DNA of 60,819 nt, filler included, from Sphacelaria rigidula (Eukaryota), in NCBI GenBank assembly GCA_964200075.2. It is 5 parts of 5 records of this genome, joined end to end, with 100 filler letters (N's around TTAATTAATTAA, not from the genome) between each part and the next. Parts side by side here need not be neighbours in the genome. Positions count along the whole stretch, not along the records: positions 12,189 to 24,272 come from CAXNAA020004141.1; positions 24,373 to 36,455 come from CAXNAA020004142.1; 3 more parts are not named here. One strand, 5' to 3'. This document shows, piece after piece, positions 12,189-26,367 of this stretch (its first letter is position 1; every line of letters begins with the position of its first letter). The position numbers and the translations under genes were made by a program. The notes under the pieces were generated by a model that saw only the letters and a program-made list of their open reading frames with translations, made no database searches and was not told the DNA's origin.

Positions 12189-15100
12189 TGCCTTCACATA
12201 TCAGTCATTTTTCTGGGGGGGGGGGGGGAGGAGGCTATCGCGGCATCAGTCCTCACAACATTTAGATTTTGCCTCGGTCCCCACTACACTTTTCTGGGGG
12301 GGGCTACCACGGCATCACTCAACCGCCAAATTGCCATCAATGCGAGCAGGATTTGTCATCTGGCAAGGACTGTATCTCGCCGATGTCGCTCGATTACACG
12401 TCTGCCGAGGCCACGGGGGAGGCGGGTATCTCTCGGTGACTACATGTGTACATAAAAGAATACATGTTTCACGCCCAACGATACGGGTGCGTATTATGAT
12501 TCAGTTCAGATTGAGGAACGAGTTTGGAATCTCGCTCTTGCACCCCGCCAACAACATTATTGTACATGACACCTCTGCAGTACTTGCTCAGTTTGAGGTT
12601 TCAGAGCAATAAAACCGTGAGAAATACAATATGATCACCGTGCGGAATGTTTTGTGGCACAGCTCCACGGACGCGTTCGGGTACTCCTATCGTTAGTCGA
12701 CCAGTGCTGTGTAGAGTAATGACACTATAGAGTTGCGCAAAATCTTTCTGTGGTCTAAACCGTTTGGAGCCCTTCATCTCATCCAAAAACCGGCTTGGGA
12801 CATGTGCGAGAGCACGCCACGGTTAGTTTCAATACGCTAGGTATTTCTCGAGTGGATTTCAAAACGGGAATGTCCTAACCCGCATTCTTGTGCAGTTCCT
12901 AGCTTTAGGAACCCGTCGATGAGAAAGATCTGGATCCACATGTGCAACCCCTACCATGGTATGATTCTGCACTGAAAATGCAAGCGCACATGAAACGGTG
13001 TGGATGACGACACAATACGCGATGTGCCATTGGAATAAGCAAGTAACATACAGACGCAACTGCAACCCTCGTGCGCCCAGGAAGCCTATACCGAGGCGTT
13101 CAAACTCACTTGCTTGGAGGTTTGTCAGCTGCACAATACGGGCCGACCACATTCAAATCGTCTGGGCGAGGCGTGTAACAAACGGTGAGATTTTTTGTCT
13201 CATCGTATGCACTGAGACCACTAGTGTGCTCTGCACGCTGCAAGTACGTGTTGTTGCCCGTAACATGGCTACCCGTTTTTGCTCCCCGATCATTCGAGAA
13301 ACTGCTATGCTACACTGCTGTGGGGAATTTGAACTTCTGACCGTGCTGGTCGTCGATTTCCCACGAAACAGCTGCACGTTTCATGCATTACATCGCCACG
13401 ATATATGCTTTTAAGTGAAAACAAGACCCTTCGGTTATGATCTAAGACCTCAGGAATAAAATTCCCAGATCTGCAAGTATCATGCATTCGCTTGAACTGT
13501 ACTACTTTCGCATTTGACGTAACCGAGGAGTATAGATAGATTCTGGGTAAACGTGATTCTGGGTAAACGTGTAGTTTTCGCCACAATACGAAGAACAGTT
13601 GTCAAAAGTATTTCCATACAGTACGATGAACCTAGCTGACGCTTTGGAAATTTTGGGGCGAAACATCGAACGTTAACAGCACGAGAACGCAAAGCAGCAG
13701 GCCCGCTCCCCAGCATACGGAACTTCTCAAATTACCCCGGTCCCACGTCGTCCCAATATGGTGATACATACCCAAAACAGAAAGAGAGATGTCCCAAAAC
13801 CTGTTGCTCACAAGGCTTGCGTCGAGGGCTTCAGGGCAGGGTTTGCGGACACATCGGCGTTGATTATCAAGAAAATTGAAGAGGTGAGCATGGTAAGAGT
13901 AAGTGGTGTGCGTTTTCCAGAGGCCCTTGGCTGCTACGAAAACGCCGAACGACGTTGCACGACCGGAAGCTTGAATAGGCCATCGATAGGTCATGAGCAC
14001 CTCGACCCCATCGCATGAGAGCTGAGTAAGCAATAGCCTAATGCCGACGAATAAAAACATAGGAACACTGGAACCTAAGTCGCGTACGTGTACCGTACAG
14101 TTCGGCGTCTCCTCTATACCTTGCGCGACAATCACGGCTCAACACCCGAAACAAATAATACGAAAGAGCGCTGCTTCCACTGTATTACTATGTGACCTCC
14201 CCCTTGCAACAACGCGCATTGCTATGATAATTAGATAACGGCAGCCAGCGATAATACGCTATCCGAACACAGCACTTCTCTCCTCGAGACACTCAAAGTA
14301 GACGAGCATGAGACTACCTTAGAGACAGTGCACGTGGACAAGCCTCGAGAATCTCAGCAGGTGATACGAACAACGCGATCAGCTACACAAGATGACACAG
14401 TAGAGACAGAACCAACACCCCGCAGAGACGAGAAAAGGTGTCTCGGCTTGTCGTTTCCTGGACCTTGAAAAAAACATCAATGATAGAGATGGCAACGTTA
14501 CCGTCGCAGTGTATCAGTAGTGCAACTATTGTAGGGTAATAAACAGTTGCTAACAGGATTTTGACATCGTACCATTTGTTTGAAGTGATATAAACGGAGG
14601 ATACAGTGTAGCAATTTTGCGCAAACCAATTTCACCGATCCCTTTGAACTGATTGCTTCCGAACGACCCTCTTCGAAGTAGAGAGTCGAAGACAGAGCGA
14701 CGGGATATGGTGACGTTAGTGAAAACTACGAAAGAAACAACTCTGTGGGAGAGGTTTCGCCGTGTAAGGACGAGCACGGGGCATCGAATGAGTCGCAGGA
14801 AGTCGAAGTGGAGAAGGAAAAGGTGGGAACATAAGAGTTATAACAGGCATGCATACGGTTCGGTAGTGTCGAGTCAAGCTCGCGTCGACTCGAAGCTCTC
14901 TTGCGAATAGCAATGTTTGACACGACCGCTGGATGTAGTCGTTACAATTGCTTTCAGGATACAGTAGAGTACCTGGCGATGCGCAAATGAACGATTGGTG
15001 TGCCCCGTATTCCAAGAGAGTCTGGACTATGATCAGTAGGAAAAATTGAAGCCAGCGCGAAGACTCAGGTGGGAAGAATCAACATGATGTATACGCCACC

Positions 15101-15246
15101 TGAAGTGGGTTCACAAACTAAATAATCACTCAAATCGCGGTTCACTTTTCCACAACCTTCGCGCCCTTCTTCTGTTGTGCGGCAATCGAGTCTCTCGTAT
15201 TACTCGCATGGCTCGTCCTCTACACCCGTTGTCATGCGCCGAGCAG

Positions 15247-16425
15247 ACGAAAGACGGGCGATATTTGGAAACGCAGGGAATCCCAAAGGCTGACGCGAAG
15301 TTGACACCGCAAATGGAAGAGGAATCGCAGGACGACAAAGAGAACGACTCGGAAGAAATTGAAACAACTAGAGATCGCGACCACACGCCTTCAGACAATG
15401 AAGACCGAACTGCATCGCGGGTAGCCTCAGATGTGTTGCTTAAGGATATCGCCGGCGATGCAGGGGATGATTTGCCCGCTGTTGGTGACGTCGCAGAAGC
15501 TGATGAGCACGTTGAACAGGAGGTTAGCGTGGATGTGCTAAAATTCCACGGCGTGACCCAAGCGATGGAATCTGACGATAGTTTGGCAAATGTGGAAGAC
15601 GAACTGTCCGAGAACACTTCCGATTTCACCTACGGTTTCGTCAGCGTTGACGTTGATGACGAGGGAATCTCAAACAGTGATCCTGAAGGAACTCAGAATT
15701 TTGCTGGAGGCGTCGTGAAGGATGGAGTAGTATCCACCGAGGGGAACACGATGGCGGGAGCACAGCCGGCGCGAACACGGTCAGATGAGACAGAGATGAA
15801 GGACACTGCAGATAGAGCTGACGTGCAAGAAGTACGGCTTCAAAGTCAGGAAAGCGAGCATGACAACGGGTTGTCAAATACCGAAGGAGGTGAACCACCC
15901 AAATGTGATATTTTCGGGGATCCGCAGGACACCGCCGGGGGCAGCCGCCAGGACGAGTGCTTACTGACAACGCCGGCACATGACGAAAACAACCAGGTAG
16001 ATGCTACAGGGACAGAAGATGGTGGAGCCACCATCAGGACTAGTACTACCATCGCGGCGGATCATGAGAGCGCGGTAAAAACAAAAAATGTCGGCAATAA
16101 ACCAGACGATATCAGTGGGCAAGCCGGAATCGGTGTACATTACAAAAGCAGTGCACACGCCGCAACTGGTCGGCAAGATGAAACCGAACGGGTCGAAGCG
16201 CTGGGTGAAGACGCGCACGGGCATGATCTGAGACAACAGTTGGGGGGAGGGGAGGACGAACAAGCGACGAGCGTTTCTAACACCACGACCATCACCACCA
16301 CAGCAGCTACAAACGACGGAGATTCCCATCCCGCGGCTATCGACGATCGCCTGAGTTCTAGCTCCATTTTAACGTCCGATACAATCCCAGCAGCTGAGAA
16401 CATTCGATCTGTGTGGGAGGCATAG
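15247..16425 (+). CDS. Probable terminal exon of an acidic, low-complexity (D/E/T/G-rich) protein of unknown function
   Basis: 416-codon stop-free frame with a CAG acceptor at 15244-15246 and strong D/E bias. Similarly acidic coding-like segments with splice signals lie upstream at ~13781-13883, ~14244-14438 and ~14684-14822. Confidence 0.6.
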   Translation, partial: TKDGRYLETQGIPKADAKLTPQMEEESQDDKENDSEEIETTRDRDHTPSDNEDRTASRVASDVLLKDIAGDAGDDLPAVGDVAEADEHVEQEVSVDVLKFHGVTQAMESDDSLANVEDELSENTSDFTYGFVSVDVDDEGISNSDPEGTQNFAGGVVKDGVVSTEGNTMAGAQPARTRSDETEMKDTADRADVQEVRLQSQESEHDNGLSNTEGGEPPKCDIFGDPQDTAGGSRQDECLLTTPAHDENNQVDATGTEDGGATIRTSTTIAADHESAVKTKNVGNKPDDISGQAGIGVHYKSSAHAATGRQDETERVEALGEDAHGHDLRQQLGGGEDEQATSVSNTTTITTTAATNDGDSHPAAIDDRLSSSSILTSDTIPAAENIRSVWEA

Positions 16426-19400
16426 AGAGAGAATCACCTTTGGTGACGTACGATACTGAAAAAGTATTGGGGAGGCCCCGGGCGACGGTTCAAGATACGC
16501 GCGGGCGCAGCTGACGCAAAACCTTGCGTACTGCCGCAATATCTTGACGCATGCTTCCTGACACCTTGTCGCTGTGCTTGCTGCCGCGTAGCATATGCAC
16601 TCTTGCTAGTGCGCTGTTTGCAGCAACTGAGCTGTGCCAGTATGCGGATATTGGGTCAAGACATGCCGCAGAGAGCATGCGTCGACGAACTGTTGGTGTT
16701 GGTGTACGCTTGCTTCAAGATATATTGACGCATAGACACCAGAGTTTCTCGTGACAGTGAGCCTCCTCGAGGGAGCGTTGTGAGTGTTCGCTGCTTGAAT
16801 GTTATAAAACCCATCCTACACAAACACGCGCCTCGTAGATGCATATGCTTGACGGGACACTTGCCACACAAATCTGGGTGAATTCATGTATATTGACGGT
16901 TAGTGAAGAGGACGCCAACATCTCTGATCGTAAGTATTTCTTCGGCAGGTTGCTTGTGCTTAGTGCGCTGATACCGCTACGTGACCCATGGTGCACACGG
17001 GGTCAAGGAACTGTGATTCCTGAAAGGCCAGAAACCCGAATTGGCGTCGTGGACGGTCCTACCAGGCCCGTGTTTGGCGCGCAGAACACCCGATTCCCAA
17101 GATTACTTGTGCATATGCTCTGGCTGAGATTCTTTCTTGGTTGTTTGGAAGCCATGTATTCACATCTCCGCATGGTCTATGGTACTGTTGGCGCAAGCTC
17201 TACGCCACCTCTTCAGAGTAGGGAAGACCCGACGACCGCTCTGTCCCACAAGATCCATCGTGAAGGTGATTCTTTCGCTAGAAAATATTACAGTACGACT
17301 GCATGCTGCAAGCTGTTTCCCTGCCTTCTTGTGCCAAAGCAAGAGAATAGCAGCAACGCGTATCAGAACCTCCAACCTCCAACATTTACATGCTAAGCCA
17401 ACAATCCTCAAAACCCATTTGCCGATGACACACAGCGTAATGATCAACAGTGCGAGATCCAAATCGCAATTGCGACTGGTCCACACGCTGCCCGATTTCC
17501 CACCCCTCCCCGTCAAAACATCAATACTGTAGATACACACTTGGTGTACAAATCGACCGACAAGTAAACAATGCGCATGAAACATGTTTGTGAAGATATA
17601 ACACAAATACAAACAGAAACGCTTGTGGTACGATGTGCCTGTTGTAAGACTCCACTCATGTACCTGCGTTATACCAAAACAAGACACAGACATGTATAAG
17701 GACTCGGTGAATGCCCCCCTCCCCGCTCCCCCCACCCGCTTCTAGCGACTTCCATGATGCCGAGGGTGGTGACCAGTAACTCGATAACGTCTCGACTCGG
17801 AAGCCTCGATTTGATATCCCTGCCCAGAGTGTTTGTTTGGTCAACAGGAGCCTCCAGGCTGGAATGTAGTTACGAAATCTCATTCCTATCCCTGAGATAT
17901 CGTTTCGCCCCTGTAAAACAGCAACGACACGCAAAATTCTATTGATTGACCAAAACACAACGCGCAAAATTCCACACACACGTGCACACACGCACACGCA
18001 CACGCACACGCACACACACGATCAAGTACCACGGCCGGAGATATTTACCCACAACGGGTGAGAAGAGTCTTCTACCGCTGAAAAGTTGCCCACGATGTCA
18101 TTCAAGCATCGGTACGACTTCTACATATGACAACCTAAGTGCTGGCAGAAACGGGAGGTATCACCCAGCTATATACCCTGGTATACCCGACGAATGCATT
18201 CTGTCGTACATGAATGTAAGCACACACTACATTCCCCATCGTTGCTCGAAGCCTCACACGACACATACATTGGGGCGATGGACCAAGTCAACACCCATGA
18301 ACTCTGTAAAACGACTTCCAAACGAAAACGCCGCTCGCTGTAAACAGTCCTTGAAGTAATCAGAATGTGAACATTTTTCCTGACGTGCTAATTTTGTGCA
18401 CACTAAACGCCGATACGTAATTTTCGAGTGCTTTATTTGAACTTGCCTGAAACAGCCACGTGACACCGAGCATCATATGGCTCTCAAGGTGGGTACCCGG
18501 TTCATTTCGCATGTAACAACCGAGCATCATATGGCTCTCTACAACCGGGCTATCTTTGCCTCGTGAGCGTTCTACCCCCGCCGAACATGTACCCGCCCGA
18601 AGAATTTTCTTGAAGAGTTTTCTTGGTTCCGGATTTGCTTTTTCTTCGTTCTTTCATGTAGAAATGACTCATCATTGCGGAGAGCTCACACGCAACTTTC
18701 CCTCCCGCACCCTAGCTTGAAAATTCCATCAACAATCCGCCCACCGACACGTCAAGCTCCTCACCATACCTCAAGTACGGGACTCCGTAGCAGCAACATC
18801 ACTGGCGGATATCAAAAGAGAAAATTCACCCTCGCCACCAATCCCATCACCGACTTACAAACGGTCAGAGTCACAACAGGACCGCACAAACAAACGTGGG
18901 AACGAGATAATATGGAGAATACAAACTCTGGACGAAATTAACGGCCCTTCACGTGCCGGGAAAATGCACTTTCGGAAAACAAAATCCCAATTCCCTTCCA
19001 TTTGCACAACCTACACCAATATCTACCGTACCCGCTGCGTGGAGGATGAGCTCACAGTATGCCACATCACGCGCCCAACCCAGCCACCACCGCTATTCCC
19101 ACCCCAACTATCACCGATATGACCGCCACAAACGCAACCAGGAATATATCGACAAACGCATACACGTAGGTGGGTGAGCCTACACAAGCTTTAAGGCCTT
19201 GGATGCTACAGGCAAGGAAGGTGTGCCTCTCCGAACTTAAAATGTGGTCGCGTACAACTATTTTCCCAACTAAACCGTGCCGATTTCCCCACATCTACGT
19301 GAAATCATCCCTGAAACACGACGCAGAATATTCCCCCCAAGATTAGTAACCCTTCCAGCCAACCCCCGTCCCATCCCCCATAACGCTTTTTCGTGCGAAA

Positions 19401-22400
19401 TACGTTTTACTTTCAGCCTGAACGTTCGATGCAGGCAATCAGTGCTCCACGTAGAACACCATTCCACGCGGTCCTTAGTGTTCCAGATCACGATCCTGGA
19501 AATGTTCCTTGCGCGGTTCTGAAATCTTACTCAGGGTCCCGGAAATATCTGTCATCTCGCAGCGTCAACTAAAGGAAGGCCACCTGACTTATCTGAAAAT
19601 AATTTACTCTCTTAAAGAGTCACGTCCTTGCAGCACGAGGCAAGTCCGCCGCTGCTTCCAACTAGTCGTGGCCTTGCAGTAGTTGAGACATCAAAATAGC
19701 GTCGATCCACGCCCAGTACAAGTGCGTGGCCCGCCTGCGTGCTAGCTGCACGGGCTGATTCAGCTCGAATCCATACTTCATTCCCTTGACTGATGGAGGT
19801 GATCCAATCTGGACTCCGAGACAAACGCTTGCCGCAGAAGTAGAGGGGGTTGTACCCTGACACTAGACTATGAAGCAACAAACGCAAACACCAATCCAGT
19901 AAAATGCAGCTGAGGCAGCACCGACGCAACAGAAGCGAAACGACATCGAAGACAGAAAGATCCTTGCGGTCGACGACCACATCGGTTGATGACCACATCG
20001 ATACGCCCACACGCCAGGGAAAATAACATGCTTTCAGTCGTTTTCTTTCGGATCGATCCCTAGTACAACATACATACACAGCTGCGAAAAAGAAAGACAG
20101 CGTCGTGACAACAGCACCAACACGAGTATACATCAAACGGGAGCAAATTGCAGTTCTTTGAACCAACACCACACCGGAGCAAAACTCAAGACAAAGCAAA
20201 AATTCAAGCTTGCGTTCATGGAATGACACGGGAGGAAACCTACTACCGCATCAACCGGTGTGTGTACAACTCCCCCCATAGGGCAAGGCAACCCTCCCCC
20301 CCCCCTCCCCCCCCTTCCCGCCAGCTCGCCCCGCTGCACCCCCAAAAACAAGCACAGTACAAATAAACAAAGGGTCACAATCAGGGGGGGGGTTGAAAAC
20401 TTACAGACCTTTCACGACACTTCTTCTACTACCACAGGGATTGGGATGCGTCACCGCTCACCCCGAGTGTGTTGGACAGCATGCTGCCCAACCCAAGCGC
20501 CCGGGTAGTTGGAGTCGTAGTAGGGGGGAGTAGAGAGGCGGTGGACGGAAACAATTCAAACATGTCGGTCTGTGGGGACTGGTGACCACGGTAACGGCGG
20601 AGTGGGCATGGGACGGGAAGGATCGTGGAACGGCAAAGTGAGAGGTCAATGTTGGGTTGCTGGATTTTGATGTTGACTATTTTGCACAAGAGATTGCGGT
20701 GGTTAACCACGATCGCGCGTTGTTCCGTTGGTAGGGCGTTAGGTCGACCTGGCGGTAATCGCGAAGCTCGGGTAAAATCGACCCGGCCAACTTATCTCGG
20801 GAACAATATCCCCTCAGCTTTGTACGCTTGGAAATTTCCGGCGGTGCTGATAGCGGCACATTGCCCCCCTTAGCGGTCGTTCTTGTGGAGAAGTCACGCT
20901 CTCATTGCTAGGGATCTAATAGAACGCGTATGCAAATCCTATGGCGTGTCACCGACGCTTGCACAGTACCAACCAGCTACACACACACACACACACACAC
21001 ACACACCAAGGACCGAAGCTCTCAAGAGCAGGGCGGCGCGTGCACTGCGCCAAGTTGATGGAGGGTTTTAGTGGGAGCACCCCCCTCCCTGCCTTGAGCC
21101 ACCGGTCGAAGCGCCTTCCCCACATGACTGTCGCGAGGTGGTCTAGCCGAGCCCTCGGGTAATCGGCACACCAACTCGCTAGCGATCGCCTGCGAGTGTT
21201 GAGTTGGGTTTCCTCCTTTCTTCAAGGCAAAAAAATAATAGCTACACACCGCACCCATCAATGCTAGACCACGTGCTTTCAAGGGAAGTAATGCTCTCAA
21301 GCAATGTTTGCGGAAATATGTTTTTCTCCCTCCCGTTTTATTTCAGATCGGGGATCCTTTTCTGGTTCATGCATTTTTGGTATGAGGGAGAGGCTTTTCA
21401 GTCAACGTACGTTCAACACAGATTCATGTACTCACTCGTGAGAACAACATGTTGTACCTAGTTCGTAAATTTGACATGATGCGGTGAAATTTCAAGAATT
21501 TCTTTGCATTTGCCGAACAGTGGAATCGGTCCCCATTTTTCTCATCATCAGTGATGACGGATTCCTATACCTTCGCTGAATATTGTCGGATTGGAATATT
21601 TTGTCCGACATTTTTCACCACGAGTGAGGGCTGCATCGTTTATTCGGAACTGTTCAACATTAGCCCATGGTTGAGGTCAAAACCGGAAAAATTCAGTGCG
21701 AGAAGGGATCTCGAGCCTACAAATAAAAATATAGAGGAAGACTGATTTTCACGGACCCTTCGTTCGTAATGTTTGCGCGCAGACACGAACGACACTTTCT
21801 ACAATAGCCCCCCCCGAAAAAGTGCGTGGTTTGGGGAAGCAAAATCTTGACGTGAATTGAAATGGAAAAAGCCGAGCATAATATGCAGCTGGGGATTCCC
21901 ACACTTGGGTTTGTTCTAGCTCATGTCGCCCACATGAGGCGCTTCATGCAGCCTGAACTCAAACATCAGGCGCTGTATGACCATTTTTGTCGAGACACTT
22001 TTGGGCTAGTTTTTTCTTTGGGGGGAGTATCGTAGAAAGTGTCGAGCTTGCAAGGGTGGCACCGGACGGCGGAGAATAGTACCCGAAAAAGTCTCAACAA
22101 AGCTTCCGTCTTTTTTCTTTTTGGTCGCACTTCAAACGTTCCCCCTTTCTCGGTGCGAGTCCGTGATCTCACGGGAAGAAGCCATATCTTGCCCTGGACA
22201 TGACTTGCATTCTGTACTGCCGACTGGATTGGATCAGTACGTGCTCCCGTAGCGCATCAACTCTTCGTCAAATAAACTCTTGCGCTATTCACGTCTTCGC
22301 TTTTTCAACAGCGGAAATCATATACCTCTCAGTAATACTCGAATGCATTTGCCGGGAATCGTATCCGCAGTCTTCCGACCGAATGGTGTTAGGTTTTCCA

Positions 22401-23011
22401 CTCAATAGACCACCGGGGCGCGGCGGCTCCATTATGTTCACATACAGCCCTTTCATTCAGACTCGCTGTCAAACAATGGAAGCTCCCGGGAAAAAACGTG
22501 CTCATATAAACGTCACTTTGTTGAGGGGAAGTGCGGTCTCCACAAGCTAGCTGCAGTGGATTCTCTGTTGTTTCCCGGAAAGAAGACACACTACGTATCT
22601 CGGGTGAAACACTCGAGCAACGGTATTACCATCACGGTGACTTGGAGTAATCAGAAATACGACAGAAAGGAAATGGGAACAAATGACTGGGAAAACATGG
22701 AATCAACACAGTCACCAACGCCGGCACGAGACAAAAAATAAAAAGCAGAGGAAGAAACGCAGAATATAATCTACAAACGCCCCCCCCCCCCCCCACACCC
22801 CCCCCCACAACACACCAAAACAACACAACACCACANNNNNNNNNNCCCCCCCCCCCCCCCAAACAACATAAACGAGACATACCGAACACTGGACACCGCG
22901 TGCTGAATACCCATATGCATACCAGGCCAACGCCGGGTGTGTGGAATAAGACAGCATCTAAGCGTACAAAGAGAGACAAACTTGCTCGATAAACACAGCT
23001 GCACTGATCAC

Positions 23012-23147
23012 CTTGGGAGATGACTCCACGTTTGTCCGGTATTCTTGCAACAGAGGCCGCCACGCCGTCGACAGGTGCGCAGAGTCTTCCAGGTTGGTCT
23101 TGGACAAGGCGTTGTTCGCTCCCTCGGATACGTTCTCGGCTCCGGAC
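23012..23147 (-). CDS. Next exon of the same unknown gene
   Basis: CTAG acceptor, phase-compatible with the previous exon, reading (R)SGAENVSEGANNALSKTNLEDSAHLSTAWRPLLQEYRTNVESSPK|GTGATC. Further exons may lie near 21.1 kb and 19.6-19.9 kb but are unresolved. Confidence 0.5.
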
Positions 23148-23521
23148 CTAGTGTTGGCAAGGATAAATTTAGATCCATCATGCTCAGTTTAGGTTCAAAC
23201 ATTTGGTTTTTGCCTCGTTCGGTTATTGCCCCGTGGGGTTTGAATTCCGGGTTCGTACGGGTCACGTTCGATTCTTGGGTCCCGGTTTAGGTCCGTGAGC
23301 AAGAATCGAACTACATGCAGCATTGACAAGATTGATTCTGTGGTCCTGTGTACGTTGCCAGGGAAGGCTCAAGATGGACCAAAACCCCGTGCAGAAAAAC
23401 GAGCACGGCAGGAACGAGGACACAAAATACCGCGAGTGACACGAGCGTGGTCGGTTCAAGAACGACTCGGCACCGGACTGAACGGAGAAAACGCAAACTG
23501 TATGATCTCATTTTCACTAAC

Positions 23522-24089
23522 CTGTCATCCTCGACGCGTGGAGGAGAGTGAGTCGATCCAAACTGCTGCCCCTGCTCTCCCTCCTCCTTGTTGGACACCC
23601 GCAGTCCCTGCATTGCGAACCTTAGTGCCGCATCCGCCCCCCTCGCCCCCGCTCCCGCCCTAGCGTAGGGAGGGCACGAGGACTCCGCTGAATCTTGTTT
23701 CATGGCTCCGGCGATCCATTCGTCTCCAGCGCCGCCGCCGCCGAGGTTCCCGTCGAAGTCGTTGAAGTAAGCGGGTCGCAGCGACGAGAAGGACTTGGGC
23801 TGCTCGTGGGTAGCTCCAGCCGCCGCCGCCGCCGCCGGCCGTGGCGGCGGAGGTGAGCAGCTCGACACGGATCCGGCGGACCGGTCGGTACGGAGCACAA
23901 AATTGTCCGTGTGGAACGGGGTGTCGTAGAGAGTGGGGTCCCAGGTGGAAGCGGCCGTCTTCGAGGCAGCGGTGGTCGCGGTAGTGTTGTTTGAGGGAGA
24001 AGGGGTGTCCTGGTTCTTGAGGGACGACGAAGGCTCCGTAAAACCCGTCGAGTGTCTAGTGCAGCGGCAAGACTTGTACGTAGTAGTCT
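23522..24089 (-). CDS. Internal exon of an unknown protein (S/T/A/G-rich)
   Basis: ACACAG acceptor, GC3-rich codons (..TYKSCRCTRH..WDPTLYDTPFHTDNFVLR..PRVEDDR) and GTTAGT donor in phase 2, matching the next exon. Confidence 0.6.
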
Positions 24090-24372
24090 CTGTGTTGCGT
24101 AGATCAACGGGTGGGCGTTTTTGAGTACAATGTCGGTGCACGGGAGGCGGGCTGGCGGGCGGAGTGGAGGGTAAGGGGGGGGGGGGGGGGGGGGGGGGAG
24201 AATGAAATTGGGTGGGGGGGGGGCAAGGGGGGATCGGATCGCTAGAACATGCCAGCGCATTAAAGAAAAGAANNNNNNNNNNNNNNNNNNNNNNNNNNNN
24301 NNNNNNNNNNNNNNNNTTAATTAATTAANNNNNNNNNNNNNNNNNNNNNNNNNNNNNNNNNNNNNNNNNNNN

Positions 24373-24442
24373 CCCAGTACCAATGTACCGCGCAGATATC
24401 GGAACGGCTTTTAATGTGAAGACAACAACAACAACAACAACA
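24373..24442 (+). repeat. 3' end of the RTE LINE family with a (CAA)n tail
   Basis: TACCGCGCAGATATCGGAACGG..AATGTGAAGAC(AAC)n matches the reverse complement of ~58494-58545. Confidence 0.7.
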
Positions 24443-25632
24443 GTAGTAGAGAGTTTCGCAAAACATTTTTTCAAATCTTGGAGTCAGAGTGGAAGGAAAA
24501 CTAGCCGGTAACGGTGCACTTTCCGTTATGAAGATTCTTTCAAAGCGATCTTTCAGAGTCACAGTGCCGTTTGTACCACTTCTCTGAAACCCGTTCTTCC
24601 TCTTCAGAGCTCATAGCGGAATGAAGAAGAACCACGCCCACCTTCACCGCCATGGTCACGTTCAGTCCAAAGTCAACACACACGAACAAGCAAAGTGGGA
24701 CATTCATCATCCATCAAAACTGCCATACTCATCACAATGAGCCATTCACGAAGTAGAAAAGCTTGGCATGACAATCAGAAGAAGTCCCTGACGCCGCCAT
24801 GGTATCAGCATTCGCTTGGTTGTGCTGTGTGAATATTCCAATGCTCGACGGGCACACGTTGCCCTTGGGTGTAGTTCCTCACTCTTGCCAGCCTCAGCTG
24901 TAAGAAGACGGTGTGAACGATTGACTACAACGCACAAGCAGTGCTACACCTGGCTACAGTATCATTTCGTTAGAGGTCGTGACTTCTTGCGCCACACTTA
25001 TGGGTGGCATTTTGGGAAATCATCACGATGCGGCCTTGTCTGTTGTTTGCAAGTGTTGCCTACTACTGTACTATTGTGCTACTGTATTACTGTACAACTG
25101 ACTGTAGGGCGTCGCTGTAGTTCACCGTACCGCGATGTACTGTTGTAGGGTTCTGCATTGCACTCCCTATCCTGCACTGGCTGTACTCTATACTGCACAG
25201 CCCTACAGCACTACAGTACCCTGTGGTGCACCGTGGTGGATTTAAGTACTACAGGTGCAATGAAGCGTGGTGTACGGCACGTACGGTGCCGCAGGGTATG
25301 GTGGAGCAAATGCTGTCTTGACTGGTGCATTTTTGGACTGCACCACAGTGCACGTTGGGCGATCGCACATATATTTGGCGGCACAACCTGCGGCCAATAA
25401 CTGCGGGGAAGCAAAATCCACATCAAGCCACGTCACTCTACTATGAATGTTTTAGCGTCCACTCTGAAGTTTCAACGCTTCCACTCTGCACTCTGATTCT
25501 ATGATCAGAAACAAAATCTTCCGAAACTCTCTAATAGCGATAGCTTTTGAATGGATGCCTTTCACTACGGAGGTATGGCGGTTAGTGAACTTGACAGAAT
25601 ACATTCCGCAATTCAGACCAACGTACGCTCAC

Positions 25633-26367
25633 CTTTGGCACCACGCTCATGTCTTCCAGCCCCTGTCCGTCGGCGCCACTCTCCAGACGACGTGTCGCAA
25701 GAATCGTTGTCTCATTCTTGACTATTTCCGATACCACACCCCCCAACGAGTCGCCAAAGGCAGCGTCTATTTCGTCAATGGGAATAGACAAACCAGTGCA
25801 GATCCTGAGGGTAATTCTGGCGAGAGCAAGGGCAACCTCTGCAAGCGGCATTGCCTTCGCCACCCACTCCCTCAGTTGCTTCACCTTGTATCCCTGACCA
25901 TTAGGTCCGCACTCGACTAGGCTGTAGTCATGTGCACAGAGGAAGAACAGGCGCAGTTTACGGCTGATGTTGCTCCTACCAGCCTTCTTGCCATCGCGGC
26001 ACCAAGCACGCAGCAGGTCAGACCATCTCGAAAAACATCTGTCGTTGTCGCTCAGAGTGCCGACGTGTTGTGGCAGGAGACACACCCAGCGAGGGACAGG
26101 CCACCTCAAGCAGTTTATGTCTAGCGATAAGTTTCGCATAACTCTTTCCGAGTCACGCAGTCCGCCACTGGTGATGCGGTCTTTCCTCGCTTCAAGCTCG
26201 CGCACCAGCGACTCCACTTTGGCGTCAAGCGGCTGCGGGTCACCTTTGGCAATGTTCAGGCGGATATCGTCCAGAATTTGAACCAGTGTGTCGATCTTCT
26301 TGCCCAACTGTCCGAGTTCATTCGCCCGGCAAGCGTCAATAGTGTGATCCGGTGCAACCTCGAGACC
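25633..26367 (-). CDS. ROCO GTPase C-terminal exon (coiled coil and a conserved LRLFFLCAHD..VxCGPxGQGY region)
   Basis: Tandem CAGCAG acceptor, GTGAGC donor. 735 nt, phase 0. The motif resembles C-termini of brown-algal ROCO proteins (recalled, not searched). Confidence 0.75.
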
